From positions 320,001 through 384,000 of the forward strand of contig CAVRAY010000001.1 of assembly GCA_963719225.1 (NCBI GenBank): a DNA stretch of 64,000 bases, given 5' to 3'. This DNA comes from Thermoanaerobaculia bacterium (GTDB lineage Bacteria; Acidobacteriota; Thermoanaerobaculia; UBA5066). Position numbers and translations under genes: made by a program. The notes under the pieces were generated by a model, which was not told the DNA's origin, made no database searches, and saw only the letters and a program-made list of their open reading frames with translations. Numbering within the stretch: position 1 is the first letter of the stretch; each line of letters starts with the position of its first letter. This document shows positions 1-8,559 of this stretch, in pieces.

Positions 1-1039
1 TGAAGGGCGCCGAGAGCGCGGCGTAGAGCGAGGAGTAGAGGAAGTACCCGAGCAGGAAGAAGAGGACGAAGGCGCCGATCGTCCGGACGGGAATGTGAGG
101 CAACCCCTCGCCCATGCCGATCACGGCCGCGGCGCCCGGGAGAGTGATCGCGAGCGCGAGGCACGCCCAGACGGCGTATTGCGTGAGGCCGACGAGGCCG
201 ATTCCCAGGATCTTTCCGAGCATGAGCGTCGTCGGCTTCACGGAGGAGACGATCACCTCCACGATCCGGTTGTTCTTTTCCTCGAGGACGCCCCGCATGA
301 TGTAGGCGCCGTAGATGAAGATCGACATGTACATCAGGAAGAAGAACACCCCCGAAATCGCGAGATTCATCCCGACGTTCTTGCCGCTCTCGCCGCTCTC
401 GATCTCTTTCGCTTCGTGCGCCTCGAGATCCACGCGGATGCGCGCGGCGTCGTACAGCTTCGGGTCGACGCCCCGGTCCTTGAGGCGTTCTTTGGTCGCC
501 GCGCGGGAGACGTAGCTCGCGATCTGCTCGCGCATGACGACTTCGGCCTTGACGGACTGCGCACGCCATTCGGCGGCGCCCGTCTCGAGCGTCTGCGGCG
601 TCAGGACGATGTACGCCTTGATGCGCTCCTTCTGGACGTCCTCGTTGAGCTTCGTACGCACGGCCGGAAGCGTCTCGGGCGTCGCGTCGACCTTGAAGAG
701 GTCGAGCTGCGTCGTGAGCTTCGGCTTCTGAGCCTGGGTCGCCTTCTCGAGAGTCTCGGCGTCCCGAAGTCTCTCTTTCTTCTTCGCGTCGGTCTTCTTC
801 GACTCGTCCTCGTCTCCGGGCCGCGCGCGGTATTCGGCGACGATCCCGTCGTAGAGACGCCCGGAGAGATCCACGACGCCGATGCGGCCCTTCGCGACGA
901 GCGTCCTCGAGAGCGCGACCTGGATGAAGATGAAGGCGAGGCCGAGGGACGGAATCAGGAACGTCGCGATCCAGAACGCCTTCGTCCGGACCTGCTGGAG
1001 ATACTCGCGCCTGATGATCGCGAAAAGCTTGGAGTCCAT
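1..1039 (-). CDS. ABC-2 type transporter permease (NatB/YhaP-like), 3' end beyond window
   Basis: Manual translation from ATG at 1039: MDSKLFAIIRREYLQQVRTKAFWIATFLIP..., hydrophobic segments, 'VLEEKNNRIVEVIVSSV' motif; directly downstream of the ABC ATPase. Confidence 0.9.
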   Translation of the reverse strand, partial: MDSKLFAIIRREYLQQVRTKAFWIATFLIPSLGLAFIFIQVALSRTLVAKGRIGVVDLSGRLYDGIVAEYRARPGDEDESKKTDAKKKERLRDAETLEKATQAQKPKLTTQLDLFKVDATPETLPAVRTKLNEDVQKERIKAYIVLTPQTLETGAAEWRAQSVKAEVVMREQIASYVSRAATKERLKDRGVDPKLYDAARIRVDLEAHEAKEIESGESGKNVGMNLAISGVFFFLMYMSIFIYGAYIMRGVLEEKNNRIVEVIVSSVKPTTLMLGKILGIGLVGLTQYAVWACLALAITLPGAAAVIGMGEGLPHIPVRTIGAFVLFFLLGYFLYSSLYAALSAPF

Positions 1040-1041
1040 GG

Positions 1042-1827
1042 CTATTTCAGCTCCTCGGCGGTCGGCGCCTCGAGGCCCGACTCCTGAACGCATTTGATGA
1101 AGATCTTCTCCAGCTCGGGCTCGGGCTCGACGGGCGGCGGCAGCGGCACCCTCCCGAGATAGGCATGCTTTATCTCCTTCACGGTGCCGCCGAGGATCTT
1201 CTTCGCCCGATAGAGGAGCGCGATGCTCTCGCAAAGGCGCTCGGCCTGCTCGAGGACGTGCGTCGAGAAGACGACCGTCTTTCCGCTCCGCTTGAAAGCG
1301 GTCAGGAAGTCCTTCACGAGGACGACGTTGATCGGGTCGAGGCCGGAGAACGGCTCGTCCAGGATCAGGATTTCCGGGTCGTGCACGATCGTGCCGAGGA
1401 ACTGCACCTTCTGCTGCATGCCCTTGCTCAGCTCCTCGGTCTTCTTCTGGAGCCAGGGCCTCAGGTCCATCGAGTCGATCCACGGCGAGAGGCGCCTCAT
1501 CGCGTCCTGGCGGCCCACGCCTTTGATCGTCGCGAAGAACAGGAGCTGGTCGACGACCTTCATCTTGCGGTAGAGCCCGCGCTCCTCGGGCAGGTATCCG
1601 ATGCGCTCCTGCAGCTTGTCGTTCATCTTCTCGCCGAGGACGCGGATCTCGCCCGCATCAGGTTTCGTGATGTTCATGATCATCCGGATCGTCGTCGTCT
1701 TCCCGGCGCCGTTCGGGCCGAGGAGTCCGAACGTCGTCCCGTGCGGAACCTCCAGATCGAGGCCGTCGACGGCCGCGAACTTCCCGAAACGCTTCACGAC
1801 ACCGTGGAGAGAGATCGCGGCCGTCAT
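1042..1827 (-). CDS. ABC transporter ATP-binding protein
   Basis: Walker A GPNGAGKTT, signature LSKGMQQ, Walker B ILILDEPF, H-loop STH; GAGGAGG RBS. Confidence 0.96.
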   Translation of the reverse strand: MTAAISLHGVVKRFGKFAAVDGLDLEVPHGTTFGLLGPNGAGKTTTIRMIMNITKPDAGEIRVLGEKMNDKLQERIGYLPEERGLYRKMKVVDQLLFFATIKGVGRQDAMRRLSPWIDSMDLRPWLQKKTEELSKGMQQKVQFLGTIVHDPEILILDEPFSGLDPINVVLVKDFLTAFKRSGKTVVFSTHVLEQAERLCESIALLYRAKKILGGTVKEIKHAYLGRVPLPPPVEPEPELEKIFIKCVQESGLEAPTAEELK

Positions 1828-1931
1828 GCGGGTGTTCCTCCTCGAGGTTCCGGGACGATATACGAGGCGGGTGGGGATGAAGTTTAGGAGGCCAGGGACG
1901 AGCGTCCCCCATGCGCCTCCAGCGCAGGGAC

Positions 1932-1960
1932 TTGCGCCGTCCGCCCCCTTCCGCTAGTGT
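1932..1960 (+). promoter_or_regulatory. sigma70-like promoter of tRNA-Arg
   Basis: TTGCGC-17 bp-TAGTGT, about 25 nt upstream of the tRNA. Confidence 0.5.
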
Positions 1961-1984
1961 CCCCTTTCCGCGCGGTTCTCGCGT

Positions 1985-2062
1985 GCGCCCATAGCTCAAC
2001 TGGATCAGAGCGTTTGACTACGGATCAAAAGGTTGGGGGTTCGAGTCCTCCTGGGCGCACCA
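1985..2062 (+). tRNA. tRNA-Arg (anticodon ACG)
   Basis: GCGCCCA/TGGGCGC acceptor stem, anticodon arm TTTGA-CTACGGA-TCAAA, GGTTCGAGTCC T-loop, encoded CCA. Confidence 0.97.
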
Positions 2063-2208
2063 ATCGCAATCCAAGACTGGTCGAGATCGAACCGGTGGGG
2101 GGCGCCCGGGGTTGCCATGGGCCATCCGGCCCGCTGGAGCAGCGTTAGTTCACGGACCCGGCGATATGATCCCGGCGCAATCGCGCGTTTTCGGAGCGAT
2201 CGACGAAC

Positions 2209-5200
2209 GTGATTGTGTTTGCCAGGCTGCGCGTCGTTCCTGCCCGCCGGACAGTCCATGTCTGCGCTTTCGCGGGCCTCGCTTTTCTCGTGGGCGTTGC
2301 ACGCGCCGACGTCGACGTCTGGAGCAGCGTCGGGCCGGACGGAGGGAACGTGTTCGCCCTCGCGATCGATCCGCACGCGCCGGCGACGATCTACGCGGGC
2401 ACCGGCGGCGGAGCCCACAGGTTCAACAGCGCCGGCGGGGGCGGCGTCTTCAAGACCACGAACGGCGGGGCGAGCTGGGCCGGCGCCGGTACCGGCTTGC
2501 CGGGAGATGCCGTTCTTTCTCTCGCGATCGATCCGTTCACGAGCACGACCGTGTATGCGGGTACCAGAAGCCGCGGAGTCTGGAAGAGCACCGACGGCGG
2601 GACGAGCTGGACGGCGGCCGGCCTGACGGGAAGCAGGGTCTGGACCCTTGCGATCGACCCCGTGACGTCGTCCACACTCTATGCGGGCACGGCCAGCGGT
2701 GTCTTCAAGAGTACCGACGGCGCGGCGACCTGGACGGCCGCGACGAGCGGCATCGGAGCGCAGCAGGTCTTCGCCCTGGCAATCAACCCCGTCTCGCCCT
2801 CGATTCTCTATGCGGGCACGAGGGACAACGGCGTCTTTCGGACCTCTGATGGCGCCGCGACGTGGACGGCGGCCTCGATCGGCCTGACGGGGGCGGCGAA
2901 GAACGTCACCACGATCGCGATCGACCCGAAGACGCCCTCGACTCTCTACGCCGGGACGAACGGGAGCGGCGTCTTCAAGAGCACCGACGGCGCGGCGACC
3001 TGGAACGCGGCCGCCTTCAAGGGATTCAGCTTCGCCCTGGCCATCGATCCCGTCACGCCGACCACGGTCTATGCCTGCGCCAACGCCGTGCAGGTCGCGA
3101 AGAGCCTCGACGGGGGCGCGACCCTGAACAGGGTGACCGGCGGCATGCCGAACCCGACCATCAACGCCCTCGCGGTCGACCCGGTGACGCCCTCGACCGT
3201 CTACATCGGCGCGTCGACCGGCTTCTTCAAGAGCACGAACTCCGGCGTGACGGCGAGTATTTCAAATGCGGGCCTGACGGCGCACAAGATTTTCTCGCTC
3301 GCCGTCGATCCGAACCTGCCCGCGACCCTCTATGCGGGCACGGACGTCGGCCTTTACAAGAGCACGAACTCCGGCACGTCCTGGACCCTCGTCGCGTGGA
3401 ATCCGGGCGCGGCGAACGTCTACGCGCTCGCGATCCTGCCTGACTCGAGCATCCTCGCGGGGACGGATGCAGGCGGATGGCGGAGCACCGACGGAGGCGC
3501 GACCTGGACGTCCCTCGTCGGCGTGGGTGTGGCGTTCGCGTGGGCGGTGGACCCCGGATCGCCGATGACCGTCTATGCCGCCGGGGGGGTCGGCACGCCC
3601 GCAGCCCCCACTCCCCCGACGCAAGGAATCGCGTGGAAGAGCACCGACGGAGGCGCGACGTGGGCGACCTATGGTGACTCGAACGCCCCCCTGCCCCTCT
3701 TCGAGAGTGTTGTGGTCCCCGCGCCGGGGGCGACCGCGGCCGTCGGGACGGACTCCGGCGTCTACGGGATCTTCATCCACGGAGGGGGCCGATACGAGTG
3801 GGTCACGAACAACGCGCTGGCCGGCAAGATCGTCTACGCGCTGGCCGTGGACCCCGCCTCCTCCTCGACGCTGTGGGCCGGCACCAACGCCGGGCTGTAT
3901 CGCTCGACGGACGGCGGCGTGGGCTGGGCGCCGGTCACGAACGGCCTGCCCACGGCGACGATCACGGCCCTGAAGTTCGATCCCGTCTCGCCCTCGACGC
4001 TCTACGCGGCCACTTTCGTCGGACTCTTCAGGAGCACGGACCGCGGGGCCAGATGGACGCCGCTGAACGCGGGCCTCACGAACACCTTCGTGAACGCCTT
4101 CGCGATCGCACCGGGCTCGGCAACGCTCTACGTCGGCACTTTCGGACAGGGTGTGTACCGCTTCCCGACCCCGCCTCCGGTGGCGGACTTCACGTGGGCC
4201 GGGATTCCGATCGCCGGCCGGCCCTTCGACTTCACGGACCTTTCGAGCGGAAACCCGACGTCCTGGGCCTGGGACTTCGGCGACGGCGGCGCCTCGACGG
4301 CGCCGTACCCGACGCACACGTTCGCCGCCGCGGGCGCGTACCCGGTCTCGCTGACGGTGACGAACGCCGCCGGCCCGAACACCAAGACGCAGACGGTCAC
4401 GGTCGCGCCGGCGATCACGGGCAGCACGGTCACGAAGGTCGTCCCCATCGTCCTCGACGTCGCGGGTGTCGGCGGCGCGCGGTTCTCCTCCGAGCTGACG
4501 CTCACGAACCGGGGCACGACGGCCGCGACGCTCCAGATCACGTACGTCGCCGCGACGTCGCTCGGCGCCTCCGGAAGCGGGACCGTTGGCGAGACGCTCG
4601 GACCGGGACGGCAGATCATCATCCCGGACACGCTGGCGTACCTTCGCGGGAAAGGGCTCGCGATCCCGACGGGCTCGAACCAGGGGGGCGAGCTCTTCGT
4701 CACGTTCGAGGGGCTCTCGTCCGATACAGTCGCCTTCGCGGGCGCGCGCACGACGGCGCCGTCCGCGGGCGGCCGGGCCGGTCTCGCGTATCCCGGCGTC
4801 CGGCTCGACGACGGCTTCACCGGGCTCGTCTACCTGTTCGGCCTCCGCGAGAACGCCGCCGACCGGAGCAACCTCGCTCTCGTGAACATGAACGCGGCGG
4901 TCCCGAACACGCTCCGGGTGACTCTCTACGCGGGCGCCGACGGACGCTCGACCGTCCTTCCGAACGTCGTGCTCGGGCCGGGCCAGTGGACGCAGATCGG
5001 CCGCGTCCTCTCGGGGCCCGGTTACGACAGCGGCTGGGCGACCATCGAGCTTCTCTCGGGACCGGGACCCTTCTACGCGTATGCCGTCTTCAACGACAAC
5101 GTCACGTCGGACGGTTCCTTCGTTCCTCCGATGCCGCTCAGTCCGGGGAATCCCCAGACCCTGTCGGTGCTCGTGGAGACGGGGACGTTCCAGAGCGAGC

Positions 5201-5880
5201 TCGTCCTCGGAAGCCCGTACTTCGAGCCGATCACCGTCACGATGACGTACGTCGAGTCGCTGAGCCCCGCGGGCGGTGCGGGCGGCGTCGCCGTGGAGAC
5301 TCTCCAACCACACGAGCAGAAGATCATCCCCAACGCCCTCGACTACCTGCGCGGGAAAGGCGTCGCGATAGGACCAAAGGGGTCGGCTTCCTACGCGGGC
5401 GCGCTGCAGATCAGCGCTCTGCGCAACGGCAATCTCGCGTGGCTCTTCGTCGGGGCACGGACGGGAGCGCCAGCCGCTGGCGGCGGCCAGTTCGGCCTCT
5501 TCTACCGCGCGACACAGGTGTCCGAGGCCGCCTCCGGCCAGGCCTGGGTCTTCGGCCTCCAGCAGAACGCGGCGAACCGCTCGAACCTCGCCGTCGTGAA
5601 TTTCGCGAACGTCGCGGTGACCGACGGATACCGTGTCGACGTCTACGATGGGGATACGGGAAAGCTGGCCGGCAGCACGGCAGTGCAGAACCTGCCCGCC
5701 GGCGGGTGGTATCAGTTCTCGCCTATCCTCACGGCCTTCGGCGTCGCGAACGGCTACATCCACGTCGTGCGGACATCGGGCTCGAGCGCGCTCTACGCGT
5801 ACGGCGTGGTCAACGACGGCGCCACGTCGGGCAGCGGTGCGACGAACGACGGAAGCTTCGTTGTGTTCTCCAACCGCTAA
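2209..5880 (+). CDS. Large secreted protein: BNR/Asp-box beta-propellers + PKD domain + C-terminal duplicated module
   Basis: Signal-like N-terminus (start uncertain), many KSTDGGxTW Asp-boxes, PKD motif WAWDFGDG (~4174-4410), C-terminal module shared with 39400..41697. Confidence 0.88.
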   Translation: MIVFARLRVVPARRTVHVCAFAGLAFLVGVARADVDVWSSVGPDGGNVFALAIDPHAPATIYAGTGGGAHRFNSAGGGGVFKTTNGGASWAGAGTGLPGDAVLSLAIDPFTSTTVYAGTRSRGVWKSTDGGTSWTAAGLTGSRVWTLAIDPVTSSTLYAGTASGVFKSTDGAATWTAATSGIGAQQVFALAINPVSPSILYAGTRDNGVFRTSDGAATWTAASIGLTGAAKNVTTIAIDPKTPSTLYAGTNGSGVFKSTDGAATWNAAAFKGFSFALAIDPVTPTTVYACANAVQVAKSLDGGATLNRVTGGMPNPTINALAVDPVTPSTVYIGASTGFFKSTNSGVTASISNAGLTAHKIFSLAVDPNLPATLYAGTDVGLYKSTNSGTSWTLVAWNPGAANVYALAILPDSSILAGTDAGGWRSTDGGATWTSLVGVGVAFAWAVDPGSPMTVYAAGGVGTPAAPTPPTQGIAWKSTDGGATWATYGDSNAPLPLFESVVVPAPGATAAVGTDSGVYGIFIHGGGRYEWVTNNALAGKIVYALAVDPASSSTLWAGTNAGLYRSTDGGVGWAPVTNGLPTATITALKFDPVSPSTLYAATFVGLFRSTDRGARWTPLNAGLTNTFVNAFAIAPGSATLYVGTFGQGVYRFPTPPPVADFTWAGIPIAGRPFDFTDLSSGNPTSWAWDFGDGGASTAPYPTHTFAAAGAYPVSLTVTNAAGPNTKTQTVTVAPAITGSTVTKVVPIVLDVAGVGGARFSSELTLTNRGTTAATLQITYVAATSLGASGSGTVGETLGPGRQIIIPDTLAYLRGKGLAIPTGSNQGGELFVTFEGLSSDTVAFAGARTTAPSAGGRAGLAYPGVRLDDGFTGLVYLFGLRENAADRSNLALVNMNAAVPNTLRVTLYAGADGRSTVLPNVVLGPGQWTQIGRVLSGPGYDSGWATIELLSGPGPFYAYAVFNDNVTSDGSFVPPMPLSPGNPQTLSVLVETGTFQSELVLGSPYFEPITVTMTYVESLSPAGGAGGVAVETLQPHEQKIIPNALDYLRGKGVAIGPKGSASYAGALQISALRNGNLAWLFVGARTGAPAAGGGQFGLFYRATQVSEAASGQAWVFGLQQNAANRSNLAVVNFANVAVTDGYRVDVYDGDTGKLAGSTAVQNLPAGGWYQFSPILTAFGVANGYIHVVRTSGSSALYAYGVVNDGATSGSGATNDGSFVVFSNR

Positions 5881-5913
5881 GAACGCGGTTGGGGCCACGC
5901 CCTACAATGAATC

Positions 5914-6669
5914 GTGTTCGACAGGCATTTCGAGGCGTTCCTCGCGGATACGGAGCCGGCTCGGGAGACGCACTACCGAATCCGCTACCAGGTCTACTGC
6001 CGGGATACCGGCTGGGAACCTGCCGAGAAGTTCCCCGACCAGATGGAGCGCGACGAATACGACGCGTCTTCCATGCCCTTTCTCGTGCGCCGGCGTTCCT
6101 CGAAGGGCTGGATCGCCACGATGCGTCTCATCCGGAAGCCTCTCGAAGCGCTGCCGATCTCGTGTTTCACGAATCTCCGCCCAGGCCGCCTTCCCGCCTC
6201 GGCGGGGGGCCGGACGGTCGAGCTCTCGCGCCTCGCGGTGGTCAAGAAATACCGCCGCCCTACTCTCCAACGCATCAGCGGCGAGAGGGCGGAGCCGCAG
6301 CCGCCCCGGGATTTCGACGATTCGTTCCTGGCCAGCGGATACCGCAGGAGCGAATCGTGGATCTTCATGGGCCTCGTCCGCGCCAGCTGGCAGTGGAGCA
6401 TCCAGAATGACGTCGGCTACTGGCTCTGCTTCATGGCGGACGCCCTCGCCCGCATCGTGCGGCGATCCGGGTTCTCGGTCGAGCCGGTAGGCGACGAGGT
6501 GGAGCACCGGGGACTCAGGCGGCCGTACCTCTTCGAGATCCCGCGCGGCTCGCCGCCCGTGAACCGCGACGTCCCGGAGGTCTATGCAATGTTTCAGGAG
6601 TTGCCGGCGTACCGCAAATTCTCCGACCTGAGCCTTCAGTCCAGGGGCGTGCGACGCGGCCCACGATGA
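5914..6669 (+). CDS. PEP-CTERM/exosortase-associated acyltransferase (FeeM/LuxI-like GNAT fold)
   Basis: RIRYQVYC, ERDEYD, ATMRLI, ELSRLAV, VEHRGLRRPY motifs. Confidence 0.8.
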   Translation: MFDRHFEAFLADTEPARETHYRIRYQVYCRDTGWEPAEKFPDQMERDEYDASSMPFLVRRRSSKGWIATMRLIRKPLEALPISCFTNLRPGRLPASAGGRTVELSRLAVVKKYRRPTLQRISGERAEPQPPRDFDDSFLASGYRRSESWIFMGLVRASWQWSIQNDVGYWLCFMADALARIVRRSGFSVEPVGDEVEHRGLRRPYLFEIPRGSPPVNRDVPEVYAMFQELPAYRKFSDLSLQSRGVRRGPR

Positions 6670-6792
6670 CGGGACTGAGATCCTCCGGGCCGAGCTCGAG
6701 CGCGTCCTCGCCCCGGGTCGCGTCCTCGCGGACCGGCCGCTACATCGGCGACGTCTCCGAACCATGCCCGCCGGCAACCGAGCGGGTGCGCG

Positions 6793-7059
6793 TCAGCCCC
6801 CGAGCTTCAACCTCGGGATCGATCCGGAGATCCGCGCGCGAAGGCTGTTCCAGCGCGCTTCCGAGATCTCGATCGTCGGCTCGGAAAGCAGCTTCCCCAG
6901 CCCGAACGGCAGCTTCTTGAGCTTGCTCTCGTGCGCAGCCTCGGCCTGCACGGCCTCGAAGAACTCCGCGTCCTCGCGGCGCAGGAACGCGCGCTCTTTT
7001 TTCTCCGGGTAAACGAGCTCGAAGATCGAGGCGTTGAATCTCGAGATCTCGACCTTCAC
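6793..7059 (-). CDS. Hypothetical protein (88 aa)
   Basis: AAGGAG RBS before GTG; protein-like composition. Confidence 0.6.
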   Translation of the reverse strand: MKVEISRFNASIFELVYPEKKERAFLRREDAEFFEAVQAEAAHESKLKKLPFGLGKLLSEPTIEISEARWNSLRARISGSIPRLKLGG

Positions 7060-7105
7060 GGGCGCGCTCCTTTAGGGGTCGACGTCGAGAGTCGACGGCG
7101 CATGC

Positions 7106-8011
7106 TCATCTTCGGCGGACGCGCGTGGGGTCTTCCGGGTTGACGAGCTTTTCCGGCGGCGTCTTGACGTCGACTTCGTGGAACGAAGAGATCCTCCACT
7201 CGCTTCCGGTCTTGATCATCACCTGGAGGAGCCGCGCGCGGATGACTTTCTCGGCGTCGAGGAAGACCGCGGGGGGTGCCTTGTGGAAACGCGACACCTC
7301 GGCGTCGATCTCCACGAGCGCGACGTCCGGCCTGAGAAGACGGATCCTCCTCACCTTGAGGGCGAGAAGGCCGCCCTTGAAGTAAGACGTGAAGAGCTCC
7401 GACTGGCGGCGCTCGATCTCCGTTCGACCGTGCGAGACCGCGCCGAGGAGGTCCGTGAACGTGCCTTCATCCTCGAACCGCGCCGCGAAGGCTTTCGCGT
7501 CGGCGCGATTCCAGGCGTCTTCCTCCGCGTCGACGGTCTTCCGGATCAGCGGCTCTTCGGCGGCCGCGACGGCGTCCGGCTGAAGAGTGCCCGGGGGGAA
7601 CATCGCGGGCTTTCCTTCCGGCAGCGCGGCGGCGCCCGGCGGCGTCGCCGCGACGGCCGGAGCGCTTCCGCCCGCCGGCGGCTCGTATTCGGAAGAGAGG
7701 ATCCTGCCGTCGCCGGCGTCGACCGTGATTTCCTGAACCCCTCCCTTGCTCGCGAAGCGGAGATCGAACGGCCACGCGAGACACCCGTTCACGACCTCCA
7801 CGCCGGAGGACATCACCGACGTCACCCTTTCCGGCGCGACGGACGCGATCGCGCGAGCCTCGGCGTCCTTCGGGGACAACCTCGCCATGCGCGCGAGGTC
7901 CTCCTGAGAGGTCCCGCGGGGCGGCCGGATGGTGCAGTCCGGCTTCTGGGCGACGGCCGAGGCAGCGGCGAGAAGGAGGAATGTGACGGCGGCGTAGGAA
8001 CGCGGGCCCAT
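7106..8011 (-). CDS. Secreted PepSY + SnoaL/NTF2-like (DUF4440) protein
   Basis: Signal peptide from ATG 8011 (GGAG RBS), PepSY-like ITVDAGDGRIL, NTF2-like AWNRADAKAFAARF...WRISSFH. Confidence 0.8.
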   Translation of the reverse strand: MGPRSYAAVTFLLLAAASAVAQKPDCTIRPPRGTSQEDLARMARLSPKDAEARAIASVAPERVTSVMSSGVEVVNGCLAWPFDLRFASKGGVQEITVDAGDGRILSSEYEPPAGGSAPAVAATPPGAAALPEGKPAMFPPGTLQPDAVAAAEEPLIRKTVDAEEDAWNRADAKAFAARFEDEGTFTDLLGAVSHGRTEIERRQSELFTSYFKGGLLALKVRRIRLLRPDVALVEIDAEVSRFHKAPPAVFLDAEKVIRARLLQVMIKTGSEWRISSFHEVDVKTPPEKLVNPEDPTRVRRR

Positions 8012-8044
8012 GGAGGCTCCTCGCGGCATTATGAGCGCGATTCG

Positions 8045-8060
8045 CGGCACACGCCTTGCG
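8045..8060 (+). promoter_or_regulatory. sigma54 -24/-12 promoter
   Basis: CGGCAC-ACGCC-TTGC (GG-N10-GC) upstream of 8083. Confidence 0.55.
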
Positions 8061-8082
8061 GCAAAACCCGCTGGAGGCGCCC

Positions 8083-8541
8083 TTGAAGAAAAGTGAAAAG
8101 GAAAAAAGCGGGCACTCGGCACACCGGGTGGGGACCGCGATCGGCGCCGTGAGCGCCGGGGTCGCCGGAGCGGCGGCGGGCGCCGCGATGGGCGGCCCGG
8201 TCGGAGCCGTCGTGGGCGCGGCCGCGGGCGCGGCCGTCGGCGCGGTCGCGGGCAACAGCTTCACCTCGGAGTTCGACGCCGCCGAGGAAGCGAGCTACTG
8301 GAGCGATCAATTCCAGCTCCGTCCCTACTACCGCTCCGGAACGACGTTCTCGGACTACGAACCTGCGTATCGGTACGGCTGGGAGACCGCGCGCCGTCCT
8401 GAGTTCAGACACCGGACGTTCGAGGAGCTCGAGGACGACCTGGCCGCGGAGTGGCGCCGGGAACGGGGCGCCGTCGGAGACGACTGGAAGCTCTACCGCG
8501 ACGCGGTGCGCGACGCCTGGCACCGGATCCGAAACGGCTGA
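8083..8541 (+). CDS. Glycine-zipper-containing conserved hypothetical protein
   Basis: GGAGG RBS + TTG; GAxxG glycine zipper, then YEPAYRYGW...AVRDAW domain. Confidence 0.8.
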   Translation: MKKSEKEKSGHSAHRVGTAIGAVSAGVAGAAAGAAMGGPVGAVVGAAAGAAVGAVAGNSFTSEFDAAEEASYWSDQFQLRPYYRSGTTFSDYEPAYRYGWETARRPEFRHRTFEELEDDLAAEWRRERGAVGDDWKLYRDAVRDAWHRIRNG

Positions 8542-8559
8542 AGGCCGGCGCGGTCCCGC

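Noticed and set aside
1958-1984. TGTCCCCTTT motif similar to the one upstream of 47083
   Set aside because: It would place the TSS inside the tRNA, and it overlaps a better sigma70 -10 (TAGTGT)
6666-6920. Small plus-strand ORF after the acyltransferase
   Set aside because: Low-complexity Ser/Arg composition, and it overlaps the better-supported minus-strand ORF
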